DNA from: a virus
Taxonomy: Duplodnaviria; Heunggongvirae; Uroviricota; Caudoviricetes
IMG/VR virus record: IMGVR_UViG_3300024272_001997
Length of the DNA stretch: 64,000 bases
Strand: one strand, 5' to 3'
The notes under the pieces were generated by a model. That model worked only from the letters and a program-made list of their open reading frames with translations. It was not told the DNA's origin and did not search any database. Below are positions 52,302 to 61,969 of this stretch, in pieces (position 1 is the stretch's first letter; the number at the start of each line of letters is the position of its first letter). A program made the position numbers and the translations under genes.

Positions 52302-54189
52302 CGATATTCGCCCTTTCTGCATTGTCCTCGATAAATTTCTTACGAGGAGTGACTGATTCGCCCATCAAGCTCATGAAGACATTAGCAACGGAGGCCGCAT
52401 CTTCCATAGTAATCTGCTTCAAGGTACGAGTGTTTGGATTCATAACAGTTTCTGCCATTTCTTCGGGGTCCATTTCGCCCAGACCTTTCATACGACCAAG
52501 TTCAAATTTCTTTGTATTAGTCTTACGGAAGGCTTCAAGAGCTGGGTCATCTTTCAGATACTGAATCTTAGTTCCCATAGTAACCTTATAAAGTGGAGGA
52601 ACTGCCGCATAAATATAACCCTTATCCAAAAGATCAGGACAGAACTTCCAAATGAAAGTTAAGAACAAAACACGAATGTGAGAACCGTCAACATCAGCAT
52701 CAGCAGTAATGATAAACTTACCATATCTCAACTTAGATTCGTCAACAATGATTTTACCATCCTTGACCTCTAAGCCAAAAGCGTCAACCATACCGTTAAT
52801 TTCCTTATTTTGAAGCGCTTTATGTAAATCGCATTTCAAAACATTTAAAGGTTTACCTCTTAGCTGGAATACTGCCTGAGTGCCACGATCTCGCGCTTCT
52901 TTAGTAGAACCCGCTGCGGACTTACCCTCAACGATAAATACTTCACACTTTGCACGATCCTTAGAACTGGCATCTGCCAGAACGTCAGGCATCACAACTC
53001 TGCGCTTGGCGTCAACCTTACGGACGGTTTCCTTGGCCTTCTTTGCCTTTTCGCGGGCCGCACGTGCCAAGAGTGCTTTATCAACTATTGCTTTTGCATC
53101 TTTTGGATTTGCGTCCAGCCAAATTTTAATTTCCTTAGAAACTAAGCGTTGGACTGCGGTTCTTGCTTCACTACTGGAAAGAACATCCTTAGTCTGACCA
53201 GAGAAAACGGGGTCAGGCATGATGAAAGACAAGACCAGAACTAAACCTTCTTTCAATTCTTCGCCAGTGATATTAGCATCTTTTTCCTTCAATAGCTTAT
53301 TTTCACGAGCATAATCATTGACAGTAGAAGTTAGTGCAGTTCTGAAACCTGTTAAGTGAGTTCCTGCGCTATTGGGAATGGAGTTAGTATATAATTTATA
53401 TACATCGGTGTAAGTATCATTATATTGCATGGCAATTTTTACACCGATTCTATCTTCCATACTTTCAGTATAAAATACGGAAGTAAGTTTAGTTCTTTCT
53501 CTATTGAGATCATCAATGTAATCTCTAATGCCATTTTTGGAGGTAATATATTCAGTTTCATTACCCTCAAAATTCAAAACAAAATTCATACCAGGAGAGA
53601 GATATGCTAACTCCTGGATTTGCTTCTTTAAAGCAGTATAATCAAGATGAATACCCTCCTTGAAAATGGTTTCATCAGGAAGGAAAGTTACTGTAGTGCC
53701 AGTTTTTACTCCACGGGCAGTATTTTCATTATAACTTATCAATTCACCTTTCTTAAATTTAGCAATAGCCAATTTTCCTTCTCTCAAAGAACGAACTTCA
53801 AAAGTTTCAGAAAGGGCATTAGTTGCCTTAGCACCAACACCATTCATACCGCCAGAAGTATTATAACCAGTTTTACCTTCACTATCGAATTTTGCACCAG
53901 TATGAAGTTTAGTATAAACATTTACAAGAACTTCACTACCATCTTCTGCTTTACCAAAGGGGACGCCACGACCATTATCTTCAATCTCAATGGTGCCATC
54001 TTTGCTTACGGTAATAGCACATTCAGTACAATATCCGTTTAAATATTCATCAACAGCATTAGAAATGATTTCGAGTGTAATATGTCTAACACCTGCAGGA
54101 CCGACTGAGCCTACATACATACCTGGACGCAGGCGAATCGCTTCGATACCTTCAAGCGTTTTTATGTCTTTTACGCCATAATCTAACAT
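52294..54189 (-). CDS. gyrB: DNA gyrase subunit B
   Basis: RPGMY, EIISNAVDE, GMNGVG, VEGKSA, DADVDG, KGLGEM. Confidence 0.95.
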   Translation of the reverse strand: MLDYGVKDIKTLEGIEAIRLRPGMYVGSVGPAGVRHITLEIISNAVDEYLNGYCTECAITVSKDGTIEIEDNGRGVPFGKAEDGSEVLVNVYTKLHTGAKFDSEGKTGYNTSGGMNGVGAKATNALSETFEVRSLREGKLAIAKFKKGELISYNENTARGVKTGTTVTFLPDETIFKEGIHLDYTALKKQIQELAYLSPGMNFVLNFEGNETEYITSKNGIRDYIDDLNRERTKLTSVFYTESMEDRIGVKIAMQYNDTYTDVYKLYTNSIPNSAGTHLTGFRTALTSTVNDYARENKLLKEKDANITGEELKEGLVLVLSFIMPDPVFSGQTKDVLSSSEARTAVQRLVSKEIKIWLDANPKDAKAIVDKALLARAAREKAKKAKETVRKVDAKRRVVMPDVLADASSKDRAKCEVFIVEGKSAAGSTKEARDRGTQAVFQLRGKPLNVLKCDLHKALQNKEINGMVDAFGLEVKDGKIIVDESKLRYGKFIITADADVDGSHIRVLFLTFIWKFCPDLLDKGYIYAAVPPLYKVTMGTKIQYLKDDPALEAFRKTNTKKFELGRMKGLGEMDPEEMAETVMNPNTRTLKQITMEDAASVANVFMSLMGESVTPRKKFIEDNAERANIDV

Positions 54190-54234
54190 ATCGTTCTCCT
54201 TTCAAATTTCCTTAGATTTTTTTCTTATGTGTAT

Positions 54235-54263
54235 ATTATACCATTATTTTTTTGAAAAATCAA
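54235..54263 (-). promoter_or_regulatory. SigmaA-type promoter for gyrB
   Basis: TTGATT-17-TATAAT. Confidence 0.75.
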
Positions 54264-54358
54264 GTATTTTGTTAGCAAGGATTTGATAGGTCAAAAAATA
54301 ATATTATAATGATAATAAATTTGATTTACAATGAAAGAAGATAAGGGAGGGGATTATA

Positions 54359-54523
54359 TTGTCTTTATTAGAGAAAATATAGCTTATAGTAGGATGTTAT
54401 TATTTATCAGACTTACGTTTTCAACCTTATAATTTAATTGCAAAATGGATTTTCAGGATTGTAAGTCTTGAAAATTACACGCAAAAAGAAATTGATGATG
54501 CATATAATTATATTTTTGAGTAA
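54359..54523 (+). CDS. Small 54-aa protein on the opposite strand, TTG start, 1 in-frame TAG
   Basis: GGGAGGGG RBS; MSLLEKI*LIVGCYYLSDLRFQ..YIFE; TAA followed by a terminator. Confidence 0.6.
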
Positions 54524-54567
54524 AAAAAAATAAAGCCGAGTAGATAAAATATCTACTCGGCTTTATT
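54522..54567. terminator. Terminator between convergent genes (U-tract on minus; may act bidirectionally)
   Basis: AATAAAGCCGAGTAGAT-aaaat-ATCTACTCGGCTTTATT with A-run on the left. Confidence 0.8.
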
Positions 54568-54572
54568 GTCAT

Positions 54573-54902
54573 TTAACCGCAGGCATCGTCTACGAATTCT
54601 TCTTCTGGGACAGGTGGGGCATTATCCTGAGTTAGTAATTGTTGCATTACGCTTTCATATTTTATGCCACCCTTAGTATTTTCTTTTTCGGCTTTTTTAT
54701 AATATGCTTGTTGACTGATAGCATATGCGCCCCAAGGACAAGCTGCCATAGCAGTGACCCAAGGTAATTCACCGAAATATTGATTTATGATACAAACGAA
54801 GGCTAAAATAATGAAAGCAATAGTAACTAACCAAATAAGCGCTGATTCTTGAACCAGTAGCTTTTTGGAAAATTCCATTTTTTCTTTCTTCTTATCAGCC
54901 AT
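54573..54902 (-). CDS. Putative holin
   Basis: Two TMs, EFSKK..Y.KKAEKEN; coupled to the endolysin stop. Confidence 0.6.
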   Translation of the reverse strand: MADKKKEKMEFSKKLLVQESALIWLVTIAFIILAFVCIINQYFGELPWVTAMAACPWGAYAISQQAYYKKAEKENTKGGIKYESVMQQLLTQDNAPPVPEEEFVDDACG

Positions 54903-56572
54903 TACTTTTTAGCTTCAATCTTCTTGGTGAAATCTAGGCAAATCCAGCCAGAACCATTTTTCATCTTGCCCCAGCCATCTTTTTCATCAATGATGGTGTA
55001 TAACTGGTTCTGCTTTACTTGAGTATTAACTTTGTAATTAGTACCTGCGCCCGCACGTACATTTACTACATCACCGGTAATCATTATGACGTAAGCTTCA
55101 AAACCAGGAGCAGTAGCTAATTCAGAATCATATTCTTTCAAATACTTCTTATCAACAATACCGCTAATAGGACCGGTCTTTACAGTAGAAATAGTGATAT
55201 TATCTCCATTGATCTTACGAACAAATAATTTTTTACCAAACATCCAAGAGGCTACAGATTTACCATTGGTAAATACAGCATCATTAGTTAGCATGACTTC
55301 CATGCCAGGCTCTAATTTTAATTCCTCTTCTGGAACAATAATAGTATTTTCACTCATTTTATTTACAGCCTCCTTAATAGCTTTTTTAGTTAAAGGTCCG
55401 ACGATACCATCATCGTCTAGGTTATTCTTTCTTTGGAAGTCAATAACTGCGGCATATGTCTTAGAACCAAAATCTCCATCTGGTCCTTTAGAACCAACAT
55501 TATAACCCAATTTAACTAACCATTCTTGTAACTCTCTTACGTCTTCACCAGTATCACCAATGCTTAAAACATCATTGTTAATAGATGGAGTTGGAGTTGG
55601 TGTAGGAGTTACAGAGCTTCCACCGCCAAAAGTAGTACGAGGAGCTTCATTCTGTCCATACCAGAAAGATTTCTTATCTCTAGTATCGACGTGAGTAAAA
55701 TGTCCATCAGCACTGGTTTCATATAAACCAATACCTTTAATTCCAATACTTTCAGCATATTTTGCTACTTCTCTTGGAGCAACTCCCTAAACAACAATAT
55801 CAGCAGCATCACCTTTAGAGTGACGAGAGCCAGTAGCGCCACCAATACGCTTATTGTGAACTGGACATCTGTATCCACTAGTTACAGTGATAGATTTACC
55901 AAAATGGTCTCTAATTTTTTGAACATATTCAACTAATTTAGGGTTGATAATGGTCTCAGAGCAGCAGCCAGAACCATGACAATCGAACTCTAAAGAGTTG
56001 AAGTTTTCAGATAACTTAGTCTTTTGACCCTTTTTATAAGTATTAGTAGCCATAGTAGTATTTTCAACTCCTTTTACATATTTATCATAATACACTTGGC
56101 CCATTGCGGCACGCTTGGATTTTTGAGCGGCTGCATTAGCAGGTCTTTCAAAATTCATAAGAACTACATCGGATGCTTGCTGAACTGTAGTAGCATTTAC
56201 TAAAATATTATAAACTGAATTCTTATAAGAGGTTTTCAATTCCTTTATTAAAAATTCTAACTACATTTCCAAATCTCCAATGGATTTCTTCTTGGACTTT
56301 GCATAGTTTAATAGATTTTCCTTACGAGACCAATAAGTCCATTGAGCCAAGCCATATCCTGCAGAGTCACGCACAAAGTTGGTATATGTTCCATTATCAA
56401 CTTTTGCGGTATACTCGGCATCGCTTAGTCCCAAAGAACGACTATATGTATCTTGTAAGTTATTGGGGCGAAGGGCAGATTCGGCGTCTAAATTTCCCAT
56501 CAGACCGGCTACACCGAAATCGCTAAAGCCTTCTTTCTTTAGAAAATCCCAAATGATTTTACTATTAGACAT
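54902..56572 (-). CDS. Multidomain endolysin (phage lysozyme-2-like + peptidase M15 + PG-binding + SH3b), 556 aa, 2 in-frame TAG
   Basis: Three track ORFs share one frame, joined by TAG at 56261 and 55787; GLMGNLDAES..GYGLAQWT, SGYRC..SRHSKGDAAD..HVD, DGDFGSKT, VNVRAGAG..GW. Confidence 0.9.
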
Positions 56573-56594
56573 TCCTCTTCCTCCTTTAGATATG

Positions 56595-56627
56595 AAATAT
56601 CCCCAATGGGAAGACCCATCGGGGATA
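56595..56627 (-). terminator. Hairpin between phoH and the endolysin
   Basis: TATCCCCGATGGG-tctt-CCCATTGGGGATA, short U-tract. Confidence 0.6.
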
Positions 56628-56631
56628 ATAA

Positions 56632-57867
56632 TTACATTTTTTCAGCAATACGAGCGATTTTAGAACGATGAATATTTTTCAAAGTAATTTCACCGTATAT
56701 ATCTTCGCCACGATAAACTTGAGAAGCTCGCTTCATACCATTACTACTACCAGCAAAGTGAATATCATCAACCTGTGCTTTACAGTCACCATCAATAATA
56801 CAAATGCTATCTTCACCGATACGTTGTAATGTTAGTTTCATCAGCTCAATATCTAAGTTTTGAGCCTCAGAAATATAAATGCCAGCTTTCATTCCAGTAG
56901 TATCATAACCACGAATATCAGATAGTGGAAGCAAAATTAATTTTTCGTCGTTAATCATTTGTTCAACAGCAATACGACCACCAAATTTACTAATTAAAAG
57001 ATTACCAATTTGAGAATCTAATAACTTTTCATCCCTGGTACCAGGATAATAACCCAATTTAGCAGAATTCTTAGTTGCTACAGTATTACAGAACACAATA
57101 ATTTTATCAATGCGATTGCGTTCCAGCTTATGTAACAAGAAGCCTAGACTAATGAAAGTTTTACCGGTTCCCGCAGGTCCCTTAATCATAGTAATTTTGT
57201 TATTACTCAAGCTGTCGAAAGCCAAGGATTGATAAGCATCACTTTTCATTGGCTTGACATTGCCGAAATAATTAGAGTTGAATGAGTCATACGATAAATG
57301 ACGATAACCTTCACCTGTCCAGCATAGTCTATCCACTAACTCACCTGTCTCTTGGTCATACACTAACAAATATTCATTTATATATAAGTCAAATAAATTC
57401 TTATTCATATTAGAATAAAAATTACTCATAGCTTCAGAATCTAAATATACCTCTTTATATCCGTCATAATCATATGCTTCTTCTTGATATGATTCAACGG
57501 GAATGGGTAATACAGTTCTTGCTAAATGCTTACAGCATAAATCATTTGTTACGAAAATTACTTCATCGTCTTGGTGGTTACGAGCGAACCAGTCAGCGCA
57601 AGCAATAATTTTACCATCTTCATTAGACAATAAACTTAGTGCAAAATCACTGCTCCAAATAACGATTTCATAATCTCCATAGTGTTGATCCAATTCATGG
57701 ACTACTTTGCGGGCCGCAAACTTTACATCTGGGTCTTTATTTGCGGAAGTCTTGATATGTTCTAATTCTTCTAATGTAATGGAAGAAATGACCAAAGTAC
57801 AATCTTCGTCCCATAAATGGTTTGCTTTTAGAAGTAAAGAACAAGTGTCATAAAATTTATACATCAT
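56632..57867 (-). CDS. phoH: PIN-domain PhoH-like ATPase
   Basis: FYDTCSLL..DGKI..TND (PIN); GPAGTGKT; SEAQN..RIG..GD. Confidence 0.9.
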   Translation of the reverse strand: MMYKFYDTCSLLLKANHLWDEDCTLVISSITLEELEHIKTSANKDPDVKFAARKVVHELDQHYGDYEIVIWSSDFALSLLSNEDGKIIACADWFARNHQDDEVIFVTNDLCCKHLARTVLPIPVESYQEEAYDYDGYKEVYLDSEAMSNFYSNMNKNLFDLYINEYLLVYDQETGELVDRLCWTGEGYRHLSYDSFNSNYFGNVKPMKSDAYQSLAFDSLSNNKITMIKGPAGTGKTFISLGFLLHKLERNRIDKIIVFCNTVATKNSAKLGYYPGTRDEKLLDSQIGNLLISKFGGRIAVEQMINDEKLILLPLSDIRGYDTTGMKAGIYISEAQNLDIELMKLTLQRIGEDSICIIDGDCKAQVDDIHFAGSSNGMKRASQVYRGEDIYGEITLKNIHRSKIARIAEKM

Positions 57868-58111
57868 CTTCAATAACCTCTTCTTCCTCTTGGTCGTCGT
57901 CAGGAACTTGGAAGCCAATCTATCTCGTAGGAGGGTCTTGGTCAGCAGAGGCAGCGTCCTGACGCATCTTAATGTTCGCTTTGTTTACAATTTCACTTTG
58001 TTTGGATTTTTTTGCTTCAACCCAGGTTAAAAACCAGGCACTTACTCCATCAATAATAGGAATGACGTATGAAACAAATATAATTCCAAGGATAAAATAC
58101 AATAATTCCAT
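57857..58111 (-). CDS. Small membrane protein with acidic tail, 84 aa, 1 in-frame TAG
   Basis: GGGGGAG RBS; TAG at 57920 read through to TAA at 57857, which overlaps the phoH start. Confidence 0.7.
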
Positions 58112-58159
58112 ATGTATATCTCCCCCTTGATTTATATAAGAATACAATCAATCATATTA

Positions 58160-58582
58160 TTAGTTTTTGGCCCTAAGTCTTTTATATAGCTTGTCTTTAC
58201 CGTCGATATAATTTCTAATGAATGCTTTTTCATCAGCAATCATATTATTAACTTCAGTTAATTCTCTTTCAAGAGCACGAATTTGACTTCTAATACGTCT
58301 AGATTCATGGCTCTTTGGATTATGGTTTTTACTGGTTTGAATATTAGAATATAAATGTTTTAACGCATTTAGTTCAAGTTTTACTTCATGATCACGAATA
58401 AAACGTAATACTTTAATATTAGCACGAGCTTCTGCGATTGTCAAACCAACTCGCTCATTAGCGAACTCCATGTCTTCTGGATGACAAGCAGCTCCACCTT
58501 CAAAACTCATACCATTATATGAAACTAAGCATCTTGCCCAGCCATTTTTTTCATCATAATTATATTCAACTAATTTTACCAT
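58160..58582 (-). CDS. Hypothetical phage protein (CHPED motif)
   Basis: 140 aa, AGGAG RBS, own sigmaA promoter. Confidence 0.7.
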   Translation of the reverse strand: MVKLVEYNYDEKNGWARCLVSYNGMSFEGGAACHPEDMEFANERVGLTIAEARANIKVLRFIRDHEVKLELNALKHLYSNIQTSKNHNPKSHESRRIRSQIRALERELTEVNNMIADEKAFIRNYIDGKDKLYKRLRAKN

Positions 58583-58616
58583 TAGGATTTCCTCCTTTTG
58601 AATTTAATTTATATTT

Positions 58617-58645
58617 ATTATACCTAAAAAATATGGAAAAGTCAA
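58617..58645 (-). promoter_or_regulatory. SigmaA-type promoter
   Basis: TTGACT-17-TATAAT. Confidence 0.8.
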
Positions 58646-58708
58646 ATTGAGGCATTTTGAAGAAAAAATTCCTATGGGCGATCGGAATTCCAGCAACGAC
58701 CGATACCG

Positions 58709-58739
58709 AAGACAACGACAAATAGCCCCAGGAATTTCT
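58709..58739 (-). terminator. Rho-independent terminator
   Basis: AGCCCCAGGAA-gaaa-TTCCTGGGGCT. Confidence 0.7.
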
Positions 58740-58764
58740 TCCTGGGGCTGGAAATTACGTTATA

Positions 58765-60297
58765 TTACTTGCTGTCGTTGTTGTCAACGATCTTGGCGCC
58801 GAGCATACCACCGACCAGAGAGGTCAGGTCCATGCCGGTTGCACCACGGAAACCTTCGGTAATCTGAGTGATACCACTCATCATGTTACCAGCCAGCTGA
58901 CCAGCATCGTTGCCAATCACGTGGATGTTAGCACCCTTATAGCCTTCGCCGATAGCGGTTGCAATCGCAGGCAGCTGCTCATACAGCACCTTGATAGCAT
59001 CCAATTCCATCTGCTGCTTAGCAGCGTCACCGTACTGCTTCAGTGCTTCAGCCTTTTCCAGCATACCCTTTGCTTCAGCCTCAGCCTTAGCACGGATAGC
59101 TTCTGCTTCTGCAACACCCAGAGCCTGTGCGGCGGCAGCCTTAGCCTTACCTTCGGCCTCAATAGCCTCAGCCAGACGCTTCTGAGCTTCTGCCTCAGCA
59201 GTTGCCAGAGCCAGGTCGGCCGCAGCCTTCTTCTCAGCCTCGATACGAGCGGCTTCTGCCTGACGCTCACGCTCAAACAGTTCAGCTTCCGCAGCCTTCT
59301 GAGCGGCGTAAGCACGTGCGTCTGCTTCCTGAGCCTCGGCATACTTCTTAGCTTCAGCGGTCTTCTTCACTTCAGCTTCCAGCTTACGCTCCTTGATAGC
59401 GACTTCACGCTCCTGGAGTTCGATAGCCTTCTCCTGACGAGCCAGGTTTGCTTCTGCTTCTGCGATTTCCTTTGCCTTACGCTGGTTCTCAGCCTCGATG
59501 GCCTTAGCAGCGTCAGCCTTTGCCTGAGCGGTGTCAGCCTGCTCCTGCATCTGAGCCTTTTCGATAGCGAACTGGGTCTGCTTCTTAGCGATCTCAGTTG
59601 CGGCCTCAACCTTGGCATCGTTAGCGGCCTTATCAGCCTTAGCCTGGGCGACAGCAACCTCAGCCTTTGCGTTAGCAGCAGCGATGGATGCTTCCTTCTT
59701 GATCTTCTCGATGTTCTCGATACCCAGGTCACGAATTACACCATTCTTATCAGAGAAGTTCTGAATGTTGAAGGTGGTTAGATCGATACCCATATCGGCC
59801 AGGTTAGGAGTGACGTTCTCCTGAATACGCTCTGCAAAGATCTTCTTGTCGCCACGGATCAGGTCCTCAAACATGGTTTGAGAAATGATTTCACGGATAT
59901 TACCTTCCAGAACAGGGATTACAATATCACGGATCTGGGCAGTGGAATAGCCGGCGAACTTGGAAGCCGCAATAGCCTGACGTGCGGGATCAATGGAAAT
60001 GCTCATGTTGGCAACTGCGTCAACCAGAACGTGAATTGCGTCCTTGGTGGGGATTTCCTGACGAGAAGTGAAGTCAACCTGGATGTTTTCCAGAGTCATT
60101 CGCTGAGTCTTCTGCAGGATAGGTAGTACGAAGATACCGCCACCGGTGCGGGTCTTTACTCGACCCAGACCAGATACGATCAGAACTTCGTTAGTACCAG
60201 CGACCTTCCAGAAAGCCTTGAAGATAACGACGAATACGATGATTGCCAGAATCGCCAGACCAGCGATGGACAAAGTGGGAATCAAAAATGCGGGCAT
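58765..60297 (-). CDS. Flotillin-like SPFH protein
   Basis: N-terminal TM, band-7 domain (LEGNIREI..FNIQNFSD), AEA-rich coiled coil. Confidence 0.9.
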   Translation of the reverse strand: MPAFLIPTLSIAGLAILAIIVFVVIFKAFWKVAGTNEVLIVSGLGRVKTRTGGGIFVLPILQKTQRMTLENIQVDFTSRQEIPTKDAIHVLVDAVANMSISIDPARQAIAASKFAGYSTAQIRDIVIPVLEGNIREIISQTMFEDLIRGDKKIFAERIQENVTPNLADMGIDLTTFNIQNFSDKNGVIRDLGIENIEKIKKEASIAAANAKAEVAVAQAKADKAANDAKVEAATEIAKKQTQFAIEKAQMQEQADTAQAKADAAKAIEAENQRKAKEIAEAEANLARQEKAIELQEREVAIKERKLEAEVKKTAEAKKYAEAQEADARAYAAQKAAEAELFERERQAEAARIEAEKKAAADLALATAEAEAQKRLAEAIEAEGKAKAAAAQALGVAEAEAIRAKAEAEAKGMLEKAEALKQYGDAAKQQMELDAIKVLYEQLPAIATAIGEGYKGANIHVIGNDAGQLAGNMMSGITQITEGFRGATGMDLTSLVGGMLGAKIVDNNDSK

Positions 60298-60332
60298 TGT
60301 GTGTTCTCCTTTTTCTCCAAATTATATATTTT

Positions 60333-60524
60333 TCAAGGTTCATATCCAAGTTTTTTGAGTAAATCAATCAACTTGGTTTGCTCTTGTAAGAGCCGTTGTG
60401 TTTGCTCCCAAGAGATAAAGTAATCTCTCAGAGCATAATCAATTTCAGTCAGCCTTTTGAAAATTTCTAAAGCTGATTTTTCTTCGTGAGGTAGCACTGT
60501 CCACTTAGTCGTCAACAGTGCCAC
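60333..60524 (-). CDS. Hypothetical protein
   Basis: 63 aa; start uncertain. Confidence 0.5.
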   Translation of the reverse strand: MALLTTKWTVLPHEEKSALEIFKRLTEIDYALRDYFISWEQTQRLLQEQTKLIDLLKKLGYEP

Positions 60525-60781
60525 TCTACTTTCACGAGCCAGTAAATCTTGCGGCCATTTCGATACCGCACTGCATGGTCATCATACCAACCTTTATCCA
60601 TCTTTGTAATGGCTTCGGCGGCATCTTCTCTGTTTTTATAAACAGGCTCTTTATGGAATTTTAGATTTCCATGATAACCAGAACTCTCTTGCGGATCATA
60701 AGCAAAACTATTGAGTTCTTTTAGAATTGCTTTTTCACTTGTTGAGCAGTGATAATCTCGGTATTGAATTGCGTGTCCCAT
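60512..60781 (-). CDS. Hypothetical protein
   Basis: 89 aa from ATG 60781. Confidence 0.6.
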   Translation of the reverse strand: MGHAIQYRDYHCSTSEKAILKELNSFAYDPQESSGYHGNLKFHKEPVYKNREDAAEAITKMDKGWYDDHAVRYRNGRKIYWLVKVEWHC

Positions 60782-60783
60782 GA

Positions 60784-61464
60784 TCAACCTCCTAGCAGCG
60801 GATCTGCAAGGTAATCCTTGCAGCGCTTTCCATCTGCACTTGCGGAGCATTGGGGGTTGTGGCCGCAGGTGTCGCATTCATTTTTCTGCTCCTCCTGGAG
60901 GCCAAGCATTTCAATACAAATTTCGGTTTCTTTCTTCATCATTTCAATTGCATCATCTAGTAGAACCGGAGTGCAATTATTGGAGTCCATACCAACATGG
61001 AACATATAGGGCATACTCATATAGAACTTGTTTTGCTGATGAGTATGACCAAACAGATTGATTAGGTGCATCCGCAGATACGGAGCCTTTTCCAGATTAG
61101 AAGTAATGGTAGGATGATGACTCAAATAGAAGTTATACTTCTTATACTTGATCATTTCAGCCAAACCGAGAACTTCAACACGAGGGAGCTTCTTATAAAG
61201 TACCAAACGAGTTGCGGTGTCATGATTACCGGGGATAATCTTAATATTACCATTTAGCTCTGCTAAACAGTCCATACCATAAGAATTATCACCGAGCATT
61301 ACATCACCCAAATGGAATACGGTATCATCGGGACCAACAACCTCATTCCATCGTCTGATAACTTCATTATCATGCTCCATGTAATTCGAGAAACCTCTTG
61401 GACCCCATAGAAACTCTCGGTCATGACCGAAATGAGTATCAGAAGTCACAAAAATCCTTCCCAT
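60784..61464 (-). CDS. Calcineurin-like metallophosphoesterase
   Basis: SDTHFGH, LGD, GNHD, GHTH. Confidence 0.9.
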   Translation of the reverse strand: MGRIFVTSDTHFGHDREFLWGPRGFSNYMEHDNEVIRRWNEVVGPDDTVFHLGDVMLGDNSYGMDCLAELNGNIKIIPGNHDTATRLVLYKKLPRVEVLGLAEMIKYKKYNFYLSHHPTITSNLEKAPYLRMHLINLFGHTHQQNKFYMSMPYMFHVGMDSNNCTPVLLDDAIEMMKKETEICIEMLGLQEEQKNECDTCGHNPQCSASADGKRCKDYLADPLLGG

Positions 61465-61969
61465 CGGTTTTCACTTCCTTTCTTTCTTCACCAAATTCAT
61501 TAATATGGATAATCATATCATAACCCTCATACAGAGAAGGAGCAATGAAACGCTTATTCATATCACGAATTACAGTCATAGGAACGTCCGCGCGTCCGAC
61601 GCGGTTCTTGTTTCTTTCGACCGCCACATCAGTAGGAATTTCAAAAGAAACACCAATTACTTCAGCAGCGTTCTTCAGATTGATATTGCGGAACAGCTCT
61701 CTTCGAGCTTTAGGTGTCAAGTGGGTGGCATCAACATAAACATCAGAATGGAAGTAGTCAGAACTCAACTTGTTGTTGATTTCCTTATAAAACTCCCGCA
61801 GAACCTGATCTTCGTGAGAGAAATAACTTTCATTCTCTTCAACCAGAGAAAGACGAATCAAATCTCTGGAAATCCAGTTGCCACCGTGAATCGCAATCTG
61901 CTTCTGAATCCAGGAGCTCTTGCCGCATCCACTAGGACCGGACATGACAAATAGACGTTTCCGCTTCAT
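61439..61969 (-). CDS. Polynucleotide kinase-like P-loop protein (AAA_33)
   Basis: GPSGCGKS, SRD.IR, VDATHL, R..R. Confidence 0.8.
   Translation of the reverse strand: MKRKRLFVMSGPSGCGKSSWIQKQIAIHGGNWISRDLIRLSLVEENESYFSHEDQVLREFYKEINNKLSSDYFHSDVYVDATHLTPKARRELFRNINLKNAAEVIGVSFEIPTDVAVERNKNRVGRADVPMTVIRDMNKRFIAPSLYEGYDMIIHINEFGEERKEVKTDGKDFCDF

Noticed and set aside
24908-54189. Inteins or introns in nrdD, dnaE, dnaB, gyrA/B, thyA, ligA
   Set aside because: Lengths and motif spacing look normal and the frames are continuous.
13961-57922. TAG-split ORFs as pseudogenes or separate small genes
   Set aside because: All breaks are TAG only and in frame, restore catalytic motifs, and lack internal RBSs; recoding is the simpler explanation.
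58921-59781. 286-aa + strand ORF, and similar antisense ORFs at 62281-62922, 42170-42646 and 43563-44087
   Set aside because: They lie antisense to well-supported genes with strong codon bias, have no RBS or recognisable motifs, and are expected shadow ORFs.
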